Shown: positions 35,184 through 48,838 of the stretch, one piece after another | Position numbering within the stretch: position 1 is the stretch's first letter | Layout of the letters: every line of letters begins with the position of its first letter | Translations under genes and position numbers: made by a program | Assembly (NCBI GenBank): GCA_963575745.1 | Contig: CAUYUJ010000073.1 | Span: 1-64,000, forward strand | Length of the DNA: 64,000 nt | Origin: Prorocentrum cordatum | Lineage: Eukaryota | Direction: 5' to 3' | The notes under the pieces: generated by a model | Told to the model about the DNA's origin: nothing | Databases searched by the model: none | What the model saw: the letters and a program-made list of their open reading frames with translations, nothing else

Positions 35184-35924
35184 TGGCCTTCGGCCCATCC
35201 CGCCACCGTGCCTGGGTTGTGGGTCAGAGTTCGATGGGATTCTTCTTCGGGTCTCTTCGGAGCGCTCTCGGGGGCCTCTCGGGAACAGGTTTGGGGGGAA
35301 CCTCTTGGGGGCCTCTTGGGAGCCTCTTTGGGGCCTCCTGAGGGCCTCCTGGGAGCCCCTCGGGGCCGAGCGCTCGAAATGTCCGTTCGGGTTCCCCATC
35401 TGGGCCCCCTCTCGGGGCCGTCTTTGGGTCCTCTTGGGCCGTCTTGGGGCTCTTTTGGGCCGTCTTGGGGCCCCCTCGGGAGCCTCTGGTGCCGACCTGG
35501 GGCGATTTGGGGGGCCTCGTGGTCTGTCTTGGGGCGTCAGGAAGCCGAAAAGGCGAGAAAGCCAAAATGATGTTGAAACCGAAGGGAAATCAATGAATTT
35601 TGCCTCTCGGAGCCCTCCTGGGAGTGCTCTTGGACGCTTCTTGAGGCGTGTGGAGGCAGGCTATCTTGGGCGTCTTGGAGCGATCTTTCGTCGACGCTGG
35701 GCGCTCTTCGACGGTCTTGGCGGCCTCCTGGGGCTGGCGTGGCCCGTTTGGGGAATCTTGTGGGCGAGGGGACCGTCCTGGAAGCCCACGCGGAACAACC
35801 CGAGAGCGCCCAGAGGCGCCCAGGAATTTCGGGGCCCGGACCCCCAAGAATTTGCAATCCTGCGGCTGTAGAATTGCAAGAGCCTTGGGGCCCTCCACTA
35901 CGTGCTGAAGGCACGGTGGCGGAT
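35184..35924 (+). mobile_element. Second, head-to-tail TCTTGGGGCC-family copy
   Basis: Starts TGGCCTTCGGCCCATCCCGCCACCGTGCC; ends CCACTA-CGTGC-TGAAG-GCACG-GTGGCGGAT. Confidence 0.7.
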
Positions 35925-37199
35925 CTTCTTCCCTAGTAGTATAAGTTTGTAAGATTAGTCTTAGTAGTCTTATTCGCCGTACTGTTTGTTATTACCATTA
36001 CTCGTACAAGTATGAGTATTCATCTCCTGACTCTTTAGTATTCGTAGCACCAGTATGATTAGTAACACTTGTATTGCAATAGTAGCGTTTGTCCTTGTAT
36101 GAGTGTTCATGTCAGTAGTATGACTAGTATTGGCGTTGTTAATATCACGCTTAGTTGTAGTATTCGTCGTATGTTTCTCATGCTTGTTCTTAATACTAGA
36201 CTTAGCATGATGTTCTTCAGCGAGCACGCGAGCGCTCCCCGCATGTATCCAACGCGTGGCATCCACGTGTTCTGCCCCAGTAGGTCTCGTCGGAGCGTCG
36301 TGCGCTCCGAGGATGTACACGTTCGGGCCGCCCTAGAGGTCCTAGGAGGCGTCCAGAGACTTGAGTACCTTGTATATTTCGAGGCTCACATGACGGGAGT
36401 CATCGCTGCCAGGAGTCAGCCAATCGCCGCTGGCTGACCCGTGCTTGGAAGCCACGTGGGGCCGACTCCCTTTTATCCGCCATCCGCTGGCACGGGGTCG
36501 GGAGCTTCTACGCGGCCAGCCGGGCTTCGCGACAGGGCCCTGGTGCTGACCCGGATGCGTCCCTGGAAATTGTCCACCGATTTGGATGTCGTGGAGGCTT
36601 TACGGCCGGTGCCGCCGACCTCGAAGACGACGACGACGAGGACGACGAGGAGGAGGAGGAGCAGGAGGAGGAGACGGAGGACGCGGTAGAGCAGCAGGAG
36701 GGGGAGGGGGAGGATGCGGAGGAGGATGAGGAGGGGGAGCAGGGGCAGGGGGGGGACGGGGAAGGAAGGAGCAGCAGGAGGGCGAGGAGAATGGGAGTCG
36801 GAGGAGCAGGAGAAAGAGGAGGACGCGGAGGAGGAGGATAGGAACGACGAGGTCGAGGTAAGGTTGCGGAGGACCGGAAGAAGGGCACACGAAGGAGGGG
36901 GAGCATGAGGAGGAGGGATGATCAGGAGGATGAGGCTGATGAGGAGGAGGACGCGAAGGACGGGAATGAGGAGGAGGGAAAGGGTGAGGAACAGGAGGAA
37001 GAGCAGGAGGAACAGGAGGAGGAGGAGGAGGACGCCGTAGAGCAGGAGGAGGAGGAAAAGCATGCGGAGGAGGATAAGGAGGGGCAGTTGGGGCAGAAGG
37101 AGGTCGAGACGGGCAATGAGCAGGTGGAGGACGAGGAAGACGAGGCGGAGGAAGAGGGGGAGGAGGAAGGTCAGAAGCAGGGGGCGGAGGGGATGCTTG

Positions 37200-38383
37200 T
37201 CGGGGTCGTTTCGGAGCGCTTTCAGGGGTCTCTGGAGCGCGGTTTGGGGGCGTTTTGGAAGACCCTTCGGGGGCCTCTTGGGGGCCTCCAGGGGCGTCCA
37301 GGGGGCTTGCTCGGGGCGTCTTGGAGGCCTCTTGCGGCCTTTTCGGGGGCGAGGGCTCGAGATGTCGGTTCGGGTTCCCCGTCAGGGCACCCTCTTGGAG
37401 CCGTCTTGGGTGCCTCTTTGGCCTGTCTTGGAGGCGTCTCGGCCGTCTTGGGGCGATCTTGGGGGCTTCTGGGGCTGTCTTGGAGCGTGGGGACGTAGAA
37501 GAGGCGAGAACACCAAAATCTTTCAAAAACCTACAGGAAACTAATGAAGGTTGCCTCTGGGGGCCTTCTTGGGAGTGCTCTTGGAAGCCTACCGTGGCGT
37601 TTTGCAGGCCCCACAGGCGTGCAGGAGGCCGTGAAGGCGTCTTGGACAGATCGTTCGGCGATGCAGGGTCCTCTTGGACCGTCTTGGGGGCCTCTTCGGG
37701 CACTCTTGGCCCGTCCTGGGTCTTTTTCGGAACCCAGGAGCCCCCGGGAGGGCTACGCATCTGAGTGCGGGACCGAGGCGTATCTCCCCCGACCCCCCCC
37801 CCCCCGGGAAACCCCCCCCCCGACGGGTGAGGGATCAAAGGGAGGGGGCTCCTGGGGCTCTTGTGGGACCCGAGACCACCTGGGAGGGATGCTTGTCTGG
37901 GTGGCGACCCCCCCGGGACCGGGGCGCATCTCCCCCGGGACCGAGGCGTGCTCAATTTCGCTTTGGTTGGCGCGCTTTGGGAGGGGACGGAGCGCCCGCA
38001 GGAGGAGGAGGAGGAGGAGGAGGAAGAGGAGGAGGGAGGAGGAGGGAGGAGGAGGAGGAGGAGGAGCAGGAAGAATATGGAGGGGAGAGCGGCGACGAGG
38101 CCAGGGAAATGGGGGCCACAGAGAAAGGAGCTGGCAGAGACAAGGACTAACGTTAAGTCGGGCCTGCCCCTCTACAGGAGGAATCTTCAAAAATAGTCCA
38201 AAAATAGTATGGGGGACGATGTTTTGAGTATGTTCGATCATGTTTCGCGTATTTGTCTGGCTATTTTTATGTTTCGTCCAAAACCCGCTTGTACGGGGAC
38301 ACGCCCGATTTAAGACTAACGAGTGACGAAGAGGACGACTCGAACGGACAAGCGCCTCACACATGCCGACAGGGTCGGCGGAT
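37200..38383 (+). repeat. Composite interspersed repeat: TCTTGGGGCC-family body, GGA tract, nested MITE, hairpin-GGCGGAT end
   Basis: 37260-37740 is similar to 35290-35760. Terminal CATGCCGAC-AGG-GTCGGCGGAT at 38362-38383. Confidence 0.6.
38156..38310. mobile_element. MITE family B, copy 2
   Basis: TA|AGTCGGGCCTGCCCCTCTACAGG ... CTTGTACGGGGACACGCCCGATT|TA. Confidence 0.8.
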
Positions 38384-38644
38384 CTGATCTTGGGTCATCT
38401 TCTTCCTGGCAGCGGTGCCTCCAGAGGAGCTGCAGAGCGGAGCAGCAGGAGCTGAACAGTCAGAAGGAGAAGATTGACGAATAGGGGGAAAAAATTAGGG
38501 GAGGACGGGGGGGGCGAGGAGGAGTAGGAGGGGGATGAGCAGCAAGAGCAGTAGAAGCGAGGCTGCAAAAGCATGGAAAACCGACCGATAGTGAGCCACG
38601 CAAGGGAGTTGTTCACACCCGCAGATTGCTACAACCTCGGGCAG

Positions 38645-38944
38645 GACGATGACGACGGCGGCGGCGGCGGCGATGACGACCGCGATAACGACGACCACGA
38701 CCACGACCACAACCACGACGACGACGACCACGACCACGACGACGCCGACAACGACGACAAGCAGGACGACAACGACGACAACGACGACGACGACAACGAC
38801 ACCGACGGCTGCGGCGACGGCGACGGCGACTGCGTCAGCCACGCTGCGACGACGCGACCACGACGACGCCGAAAACGACGACAAGCAGGACGACAACGAC
38901 GACGACGACGACCACGCCGACGACGACGACGACGAGGACGACAC

Positions 38945-38976
<32 letters not shown>

Positions 38977-39141
38977 ACGGCGACGGCGACTGCGTCAGCC
39001 ACGCTGCGACGACGACGACGACGACCACGACCACGACCACGACAACGACGGCGACGACGACGACGACGACGGCAGCGACGAGCACGCGACGACGACGACG
39101 ACGATGACGACGATGACGTCGACTACGACGATGACGACGAT

Positions 39142-39181
<40 letters not shown>

Positions 39182-39282
39182 GCGAGGACGATGACGAGGA
39201 CGAGGACGATGACGACCACGACGAGGCCGACGCTGATGACGACGACGACGATGGCGACGACGACGACGACGACGATTACGAC

Positions 39283-39323
<41 letters not shown>

Positions 39324-39527
39324 CGACGACGACGACGACGACGACACTGACGACGACGACGACGAGGAAGCCGACGACGACGACGACGACAACGACGGCG
39401 ACGACGACGACGACCACGACGACCACGACGACGACGACGATGACGACAACGACGACGAGGACGATCATGACGATAACGATACCGACGACGACGACGACGA
39501 CGACGATGGCGACGACGACTACGACGA

Positions 39528-39569
<42 letters not shown>

Positions 39570-40003
39570 CGACAACGCCGACGACGATGATGACGACGAC
39601 GACGAAAACCACGACGACGACGACGACGGCAGCAGCGACGACCACGAATGCGGCGTCGGCCACGCGACGACGACGACGACGAGGACGATGACGAGCACGA
39701 TGACGATGACCATAACGATAACGACGACGACGACGACGACCACGACGACCACGACCACGGCGACGACAACGCCGGCTACAACGACGACGACGACGTCGCC
39801 AGCGACGACAACACCACCACCACCACTGCGACGACGAAGTTCACGACGACGACGAGCACGACGGTGACGACGACGATGACTTCGATGACGACGATGACGA
39901 CGACATTCCGGATTACGTCAATGACGATGATTACGTCGAGCACGAGGACGATGAGGACGATGACGATGATGACGACGACGCTTACGGCGACGACGACGAC
40001 GAC

Positions 40004-40034
<31 letters not shown>

Positions 40035-40506
40035 TCGCCGACTAAGACGACGACGCTGACGACGACGACGGAAACGACGACGATGAAGACAACGACGAGG
40101 ACAGCGACGACGACGACGACGACGACGACGCCGACGACGACGACGCCGACGGCGACGACGGCGACGACGACGATGACGACGGCGGCTGCGACTACCACGA
40201 ACACGGCGTCGGCGACGCATCAACGACGACGACGATGACGATCACGGCAACGACCACGAGCACGACGATGACGACGACGACGATGACGACGATGACGATG
40301 ACGATGACGGTCACGACGACGATCACGACGACGACGACGACGACGACGCCGACGACGACGACGACCACGACGCTGACGACGACGACGACGACGACGCCCA
40401 CGACGACGACGACGACGACCACGACGAACACGACGACCTCGCCGACGACGAGCACGAGGACGACGATGACGACGATGATGACGATAACGATGACGATGAC
40501 GACGAT

Positions 40507-40545
<39 letters not shown>

Positions 40546-40805
40546 TACGACGGTGGCGACGTCGACTACGGCGACAACGACGACGACGACGACGACGACG
40601 TCGCCAGCGACGACAACACCACCAGTGCGACGATGACGACGACGACGACGATGGTAACGACGACGCCGAAGTTCACGACGACGACGACGACGACGAGCAC
40701 GACGACGATGACGATGACGACGACGAGGACCACCACGATGACGACGGCAACGGCGACGACGAGGACGAGGACGACGGCTATGAAAACGAGCACGACGACG
40801 ACGAA

Positions 40806-40838
<33 letters not shown>

Positions 40839-41763
40839 TCAGACGACGACGACAACTTCGACGACGACGACGACGACGACCAAGACGACGGCGACAAAGG
40901 CGAACACGACGATGAAGATGACGATGACGATGATGATGACGACGAGCACGACCACGACGACGACGACGACGACGACCAGGCCACTGACGACGGCAACCTC
41001 GACGACGACGATGACGATGACGATGACGATGACAACGACGACGACATCGACGACGACGACGACGACTACTAAGATGACGACGACGACAACGACGATGGTG
41101 ACGACGACGAAGACAACGACGACGACGAGGATGATGACGACGAGTGCGACGACGACGACGACGACGACGACGACACTGACGACGGCGACAACGCTGACGC
41201 GACGACGACGACGACAACGACGACGATGACAAGCACGATGACCACGACGACAATGACGACGACCAGGACGACGCTGACGATGACGAAGGCGACGACGACG
41301 ACGACAACGTCGCCGACGACGACCACGGCGACAACGACGACGACGACGACGACGACACGACGACGACGTTGTCGACTACGACCCCGACGACGACGACGAG
41401 GACGAAGACGAGAACGACGACGACGACGACGACAGCGAAGATGATGACAGCGACGGCGACGATTACGATACGACGACGACAACGACGCTGACGACGACGA
41501 CGTCGAGCACGATGACGACAACGACAACCCTGACGACGACGGCGACGACGACGAAGACGACGACGATGACGATGACAATGACGATGACGATGGCGAAGAC
41601 GTCGACCACGACGACGACGCCGGCGACGAAGACGACGACGAAGACGACGTCGCCAGCGACGGCCACGGCGACGGCGTAAGCGAAGCGACGACGACGCTGA
41701 CGACGACGACGACCACGACGACGACGACGACGACGACGACGCTGACGACGCCGACGCCGACGA

Positions 41764-41809
<46 letters not shown>

Positions 41810-42194
41810 AACGACGACGACGACGAGGACGACGGGGACGACGACGGCGACGACGACGACCACGACGACGATTGCGATGACGACGACGACTGCGATGACG
41901 GACGACCACGACGACGACAACGACGATGACACCGACGACAACGACGACAATGACGATGACGATGGCGATGACGACGACGACAACGATGACGGCCGCGGTG
42001 CCGGCGACGGTGATGTTGTCAGCGACGACCATGGCAACGGCGTCGGCGTTTCGACGGCGACGACGACGACGACGATGATTTCGACGACGAAGTCCGCGAC
42101 GACGACGACGAGGATGACGACGACTACGAACACCACGACGACGACGACGACGACGGGGACGACGACAACGACGAAGACGACGACGACGATAACA

Positions 42195-42225
<31 letters not shown>

Positions 42226-42400
42226 CGACGACAAGGACAACGACGACCACGACGACGACGACGATGACGATGACGACGACGACGACGAGGATAAGGATGT
42301 CGGCGGCGGCGACGACGATGCTGATGACGATTGTGACGACGACAGTGACACGGACGACGACGTCGGCCACGATGACAATGACCACGGCGCCGACGACGCC

Positions 42401-42432
<32 letters not shown>

Positions 42433-42605
42433 CGACGACGGCGGCGGCGGCGACGGCGACGACGACGGCGACGATGACGGCGACGACAACGACGACGACG
42501 ACGACCATCATAACGACAATGCCGACGATTACGACGTTGACGACGACGACGGACGACGATGACGACGACGACGACACGACGAAGACGACGACGACGACGA
42601 CGACC

Positions 42606-42657
<52 letters not shown>

Positions 42658-42821
42658 AGACGACGACGTCGAAGACGAAGAAGACGACGACGACGACGAC
42701 GCCGGCGACGACGACGACGGCTGCGGCGGCGGCGGCGGCGACGACGACGTCGCAAGTGACGACCACGGCGACGACCAGGGCGACGGCGTCGGCGACGCGA
42801 CGATGACGACGACGACGGCGA

Positions 42822-42875
<54 letters not shown>

Positions 42876-42887
42876 ACGACGACGACG

Positions 42888-42985
<98 letters not shown>

Positions 42986-43265
42986 CGACGACGACGGCGA
43001 CATCGACCACAACACGACGACGTTGCCTGCCACGCGACAGCGACGACGACGACGACGACAATGACGACGACGACGACGACGACGAAGACCACGACGGCGT
43101 CGACATTGACGACGACCACGACGACGACCACGGCGACGGCGTCGGCGACGGGGACGACGACGTCGAAGACGAAGACGACGACGACGCCGGCGACGCCGGC
43201 GACGACGACGACGACGACGACATCGACGACGAACACGACGACGACGACGAGGACGACGATGACGA

Positions 43266-43333
<68 letters not shown>

Positions 43334-43662
43334 AGGACGACAACGGCGACGACGACGACGACGGCGACGTTGCCAGCGACGACCACGGCAGCGGTGTCGG
43401 CGACGCGACGACGACAACGACGTCGACGACGGCAACGCCGACGACGACAATCAAGACGACGACGATGACGAGAATGACGACGACAACGACGAGGACGACG
43501 ACGACGACGAGGACGACGATGACGATGACGACGACGACGACGACGCCGACGACAACGGCGATGACGACGACGTTGCCAGCGACGACCACGGCAGTGGCGT
43601 CGGCGACGCGACGACGATAACGACGTCGACGACGACAACGACAAACATCGACGATGACAATT

Positions 43663-43694
<32 letters not shown>

Positions 43695-43926
43695 CACGAC
43701 GACGACCACGACGACGACGACGACGACGAGGATATCGGCGACGACGGCGACAAGGGCGACGATGACGATGACGACAGACGACGATGACGACGACGACGAC
43801 GACGACGACCACGACGTTGACGACGACGACGATGATGATGACGACGACGGCAGTGACAAAGACGACGACGACGGCCATGACGACGACGACGACGACGACG
43901 ACGACGATGGCGACAACAACGACGAG

Positions 43927-43958
<32 letters not shown>

Positions 43959-44097
43959 AGACTGCAACGGCGTCGGCGACGCGACGACGACGACGACGAG
44001 CACGACGACGACGACGACGACGACGACGACCATGACGATGATGACGAAGACGACGACGACGATGACGATGACGATGGCCATGATGACGACGACTTCA

Positions 44098-44134
<37 letters not shown>

Positions 44135-44165
44135 CGACGAGGACCACGACGACGACGACAAGGAG

Positions 44166-44198
<33 letters not shown>

Positions 44199-44276
44199 AG
44201 CGGTGACGACAACGACGAGCACGACGATGACGATGACGATGGCGATGACGACGCCGACCACGACGATGACGACGAA

Positions 44277-44334
<58 letters not shown>

Positions 44335-44770
44335 GCGACGACGACGACGACGGCGGGGGCGACGGCGGCGACGACGGCGACGAGCACGACGACGACGATG
44401 ACAATGACGATGACGATGACGACGAGGACCACGACGAAGACGACGACGACCGACGACGACGATGAAGGACGACGACGACGACGACGACGACCACGACGTT
44501 GACGACGACGACGATGATGATGACGACGACGGCAGTGACAAAGACGACGACGACGGCCATGACGACGACGACGACGACGACGACGATGGCGACAACAACG
44601 ACGAGGACGACGACGACGACGACGACGACGACGAAGACTGCAACGGCGTCGGCGACGCGACGACGACGACGACGAGCACGACGACGACGACGACGACGAC
44701 GACCATGACGATGATGACGAAGACGACGACGACGATGACGATGACGATGGCCATGATGACGACGACTTCA

Positions 44771-44807
<37 letters not shown>

Positions 44808-44838
44808 CGACGAGGACCACGACGACGACGACAACGAG

Positions 44839-44871
<33 letters not shown>

Positions 44872-44949
44872 AGCGGTGACGACAACGACGAGCACGACGA
44901 TGACGATGACGATGGCGATGACGACGACGACCACGACGATGACGACGAA

Positions 44950-45010
<61 letters not shown>

Positions 45011-45163
45011 GCGACGACGACGACGACGGCGGGGGCGACGGCGGCGACGACGGCGACGAGCACGACGACGACGATGACAATGACGATGACGATGACGACG
45101 AGGACCACGACGAAGACGACGACGACCGACGACGACGATGAAGGACGACGAAGACGACGACGA

Positions 45164-45211
<48 letters not shown>

Positions 45212-45215
45212 CGAC
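38645..45215. repeat. ~6.5-kb degenerate (GAC/GAT)n microsatellite
   Basis: Directly visible; source of the poly-D/T/R/V/S ORFs. Confidence 0.98.
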
Positions 45216-45934
45216 GCAACGGCGGCGGCGGCGGCGGCCGCGGCAGCGGCGGCTGCGGCATCGATGTCGACGTTGTTGCCAGCGACGACCACGGCGACGC
45301 CGACGCTTGGAGCGCGCCAGGCCGAGGCCGCAGCGCACGAGCGCGCCTCCGCGGCGGCGGCCGCGGCAGACGCCCGCGCGGAGGCCGCGCGGCTCGAGGC
45401 CGAGCGGCTTGACCGCCGCCGACGGCGGCGGCGGCGACGGCCGCCGCCAGCAGCCGCGCCGGCCCTCAGATCCTGGAGTCGCAAGCCCCTTCGGGAGTGC
45501 TCGCCCGGCTTGGGGCCACGGGACCCTCACAGATCGATCCGGATCGATTCATGGCGCAGAGGGAGGGGGTCAGGGGCTTCGCTCGTGATTTTGCGCCTGT
45601 GATGTTGCAAGTGTCTGCAGCGTCAGATCTCAGGGAAGAAGGCGGCCGGCTTTCCGTCGTCTTCGGCGTCCGGGCGCCGTTTTGTTCCCCGCACCCGCGG
45701 CCCTCAAGGGACGGCGCAGGGCGGAAAGCAGGCCCCAGGGAAGGGGTCGAGACCCCGAGGGCCGACACAGTCACGAAATAGCGCGGCGACGGCGGCGCCG
45801 GGGGAGGACGGAGGAGGCCGTCGTCGCGCGGCTTCGGCCGCCTACAGGCTGGGACATGCCTTCGGCCCCCGCGGCAGGTGCGCCGTCGCGTGTGAATACC
45901 GCGGGGGGGACAGGGGCGGAGGGCGAGCGGGTCG

Positions 45935-46150
45935 CTTCCAAAACGTGGCTCTCGCTTTAGCGCTCTCAAAAATTCGTTTTCAGAGTGTGCAAGAGTTTCA
46001 CGGATTGAGGGCGGGTGGTCTTCAAAATGTGGCTCTCGCCTTGGCGCCGCGTACATTCGTTTCAAAATTCAGCTAGAGTTTCACGGATTGAGAGCGGTTC
46101 CTTTCAGAAATGCGGTTCTCGATGTAGCGCCGCGCACATTCGTTTTCAAC
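45935..46150. repeat. Degenerate tandem repeat, ~83-bp period, about 2.5 copies
   Basis: AGAGTTTCACGGATTGAG at ~45992 and ~46075; CAAAATGTGGCTCTCG-like motif three times. Confidence 0.75.
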
Positions 46151-47289
46151 ATCAGGACTCAGGAGTGTGAGGGCGCAACAGTTACGTTACTTTGCGTTGT
46201 TGAAGTCCCAGGAATGATGTTTCAGCACGGTTCCGGATCGTCAAGACGCAGCAGTCATGTTGATTCGTGTAGTTGGAGTCCCGAGAATGGTGCTTTTCGG
46301 CACGCTTCAGGGTCTTGGAAAGGTTGTCTCCCATCGAGGCAGTTTCCTCAGTGGAAATGAATCTTTGTAGGGGCTCATGACGAGAGAGCTTGGAGCGAGC
46401 GTTTGTGTCCAACATCGTTGATGGCACTTGGGTTTCCATTTGCCCTCCTCCTCCGCCTCCTCCTCGCCCTCCTCCTCCTCCCCCTCCTCCTCTTGCGGAG
46501 CTGCACGTGGAGGCGAAGGTCGACCAGGACGTGCCCGTGTCGCTCACCCCGCTGCGTGCCGGCACTGTGTCGCTCGTGCCTGTCGCCGCCGCAGCCCTTG
46601 CTGTCTCACTGCCCACGGCCTCGAGCGGCAGTTCGGAGGTCTTGCCTGCTCAGCTCGGGTGTGCGCTGTGCCCGCTTGCGGTGCTGGACGACACCCTCGC
46701 CCAGCTGCGGGGTGAGGCTCGAGGAGCACCATGAATGGTCTTTCCTGGCGAGAGCGCGGACACCACGCCGACCCCATTGCGCACTGTGACGCGACGGTCA
46801 CGAAGTTGCACGCCGAGGTCGAGGCCTTGCCCCCGAACAGTATGGACATCTACCGCCGTCAGGCCGATATTACCGCATCGCAGTGTGTCACTCGCGCCGT
46901 GCGCTCGTCCCTCAGCGAGGCCGTGCAGCGAGTCAACGTCATGAGGGATGTTGTGGTCGCGCCTTGTGCCGCCTCTGCGTCGCCTTCGGCTTCGGGTATG
47001 CCCTCGCCGCAGACGTGTTCGCCGTCTCTGTCGGCCACTGCCTCGCGTGGTGTCGCGTCCAGCGGACGGCCTCAACGGGCTCGCCTTCGCTGAGGCGGAT
47101 CTGAGCTGTGCCCTGACTGCGGGGGCTCGGCCATCTTCAGCAACCCCGAGATCATGCCGTGCTTCGGCCATGGCGCCCCCGCGAGCTTCTGCGACGATGA
47201 TGGGTGCCTCGCGCCGCTCGGAACTCATTACCCTTGTGGACGATGGCGGATCAGAGTATATTACACCCGGCACTGACGTCGTTAACGCT

Positions 47290-47423
47290 CGTTTCCTCCT
47301 CGTCCTCCTATTCCTCCTCATCATCATCAGCATCATCCTTCTCCTCCTCCTCCTCGTCATCATCATCATCATCACCACCATCATCATCATCATCATCGTC
47401 ATCATCATCATCATCATCATCAT

Positions 47424-47469
<46 letters not shown>

Positions 47470-47805
47470 TTCAGCATCATCATCAGCATCATCCTCATCC
47501 TCATCATCCTCATCCTCATCGTCGTCGTCCTCCTCGTCGTCGTCGTTGTCAGGGTCATCGTCGTCGTCATCGCCGTCGTCGTGCTCGTCATCGTCATCGT
47601 CGTCGTCATGGTCATCGTCGCCGTTGCCGTCGTCGTCGTCATCGTCGTCATCGTTAGCGTCGTCATCGTCGTCGTCGCGTCGAAAGCGCCGTAGCCCTGA
47701 GCGTCGCTGGCGTCGCCGTCGCCGTCATCGTTGGCGTCGTCGTCAACGTCCTCGTCGTCGTCGTCAACGTCGCCATCATCGTCGTCATCATCATCACCAT
47801 CATCG

Positions 47806-47853
<48 letters not shown>

Positions 47854-47935
47854 GTATCAGCATCATCAGCATCATCATCATCAGTCTCATCATCCTCATC
47901 CTCATCCTCATCCTCATCCTCATCCTCCTCACCCT
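47290..47935. repeat. (CAT)n/(CGT)n/(CATCCT)n microsatellite
   Basis: Directly visible. Confidence 0.95.
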
Positions 47936-48611
47936 CCTTCGCCATCCGAGTACCTCCTAGCTGCCTACGGTTCGTGAGGAGGTAGTCGCTCTACGTCACG
48001 GCGGCTTCGGGCGCGTGGTTTTCGAGGAGCCGTCCTGGGCCGAGCCTTGCTGTTCCCTCCCCTCCTCCGCCCCCCCCATCCCCGCCTGTTCGCCTTCCCC
48101 CTCGGGGGACGGAGGTGGGACGAGGGGCAGAGGCCCTGGGGCAGGGATGGTATTCACTAACCACCAAACCATCCCAGGCCCCAAGTTGCCCTCCACTCCC
48201 AGTGGGGGGGGGTATCCTGGAACATCCTCGAGCGTGCTCTCTTTGGATCTCGAGATCTGCGCGTCCAGAGAGAACTGTGCATGGATGTGCGCGGCGTGCG
48301 CGGCGCCCCTGGCACCATCGAGCTTCGCCATCGGCCTGCCCCGCCCTCGTTCGAGACACCGCTGAGCGTCCCTTCCACTTCCCCCCCGCCCTCCCCCCCC
48401 CCGACCACCAGCCCCGTCTCCCCCCCTCCCCATCCCCATCCTCTCTTGGGATGCTCCCGCGACCGTTCAGGAGTCTCCCCTGCCGTTTCCGTGAAAGCTG
48501 AAGTGGGCGCCATGAAACGTTCACAGTCCGAGAGGCCCCCGGGTAACCACAAGAGATTCCAGCTGGTGTCCCAGGCAGTTTGACGAAATTCCCAGATGCT
48601 CATGGACAGAC

Positions 48612-48646
48612 CACACACACACGACCACACACACACACACACGCAT

Positions 48647-48677
<31 letters not shown>

Positions 48678-48692
48678 CACAGACACACACAG

Positions 48693-48739
<47 letters not shown>

Positions 48740-48761
48740 CACACACACAGACACACACACA

Positions 48762-48836
<75 letters not shown>
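48612..48836. repeat. (CA)n microsatellite
   Basis: Directly visible. Confidence 0.97.

Positions 48837-48838
<2 letters not shown>

Noticed and set aside
34149..35570. 473-aa ORF and overlapping G/L/P/R-rich ORFs
   Set aside because: They are translations of a modular GC-rich interspersed repeat with no domain motifs.
38316..38346. Hammerhead ribozyme (CTAACGAGT...ACTCGAAC)
   Set aside because: It deviates from the CUGANGA/GAAA core, and no convincing stems I and III were found.
38495..45602. Very long ORFs (up to 1355 aa)
   Set aside because: They are translations of a stop-poor (GAC)n microsatellite and are open in most frames on both strands.
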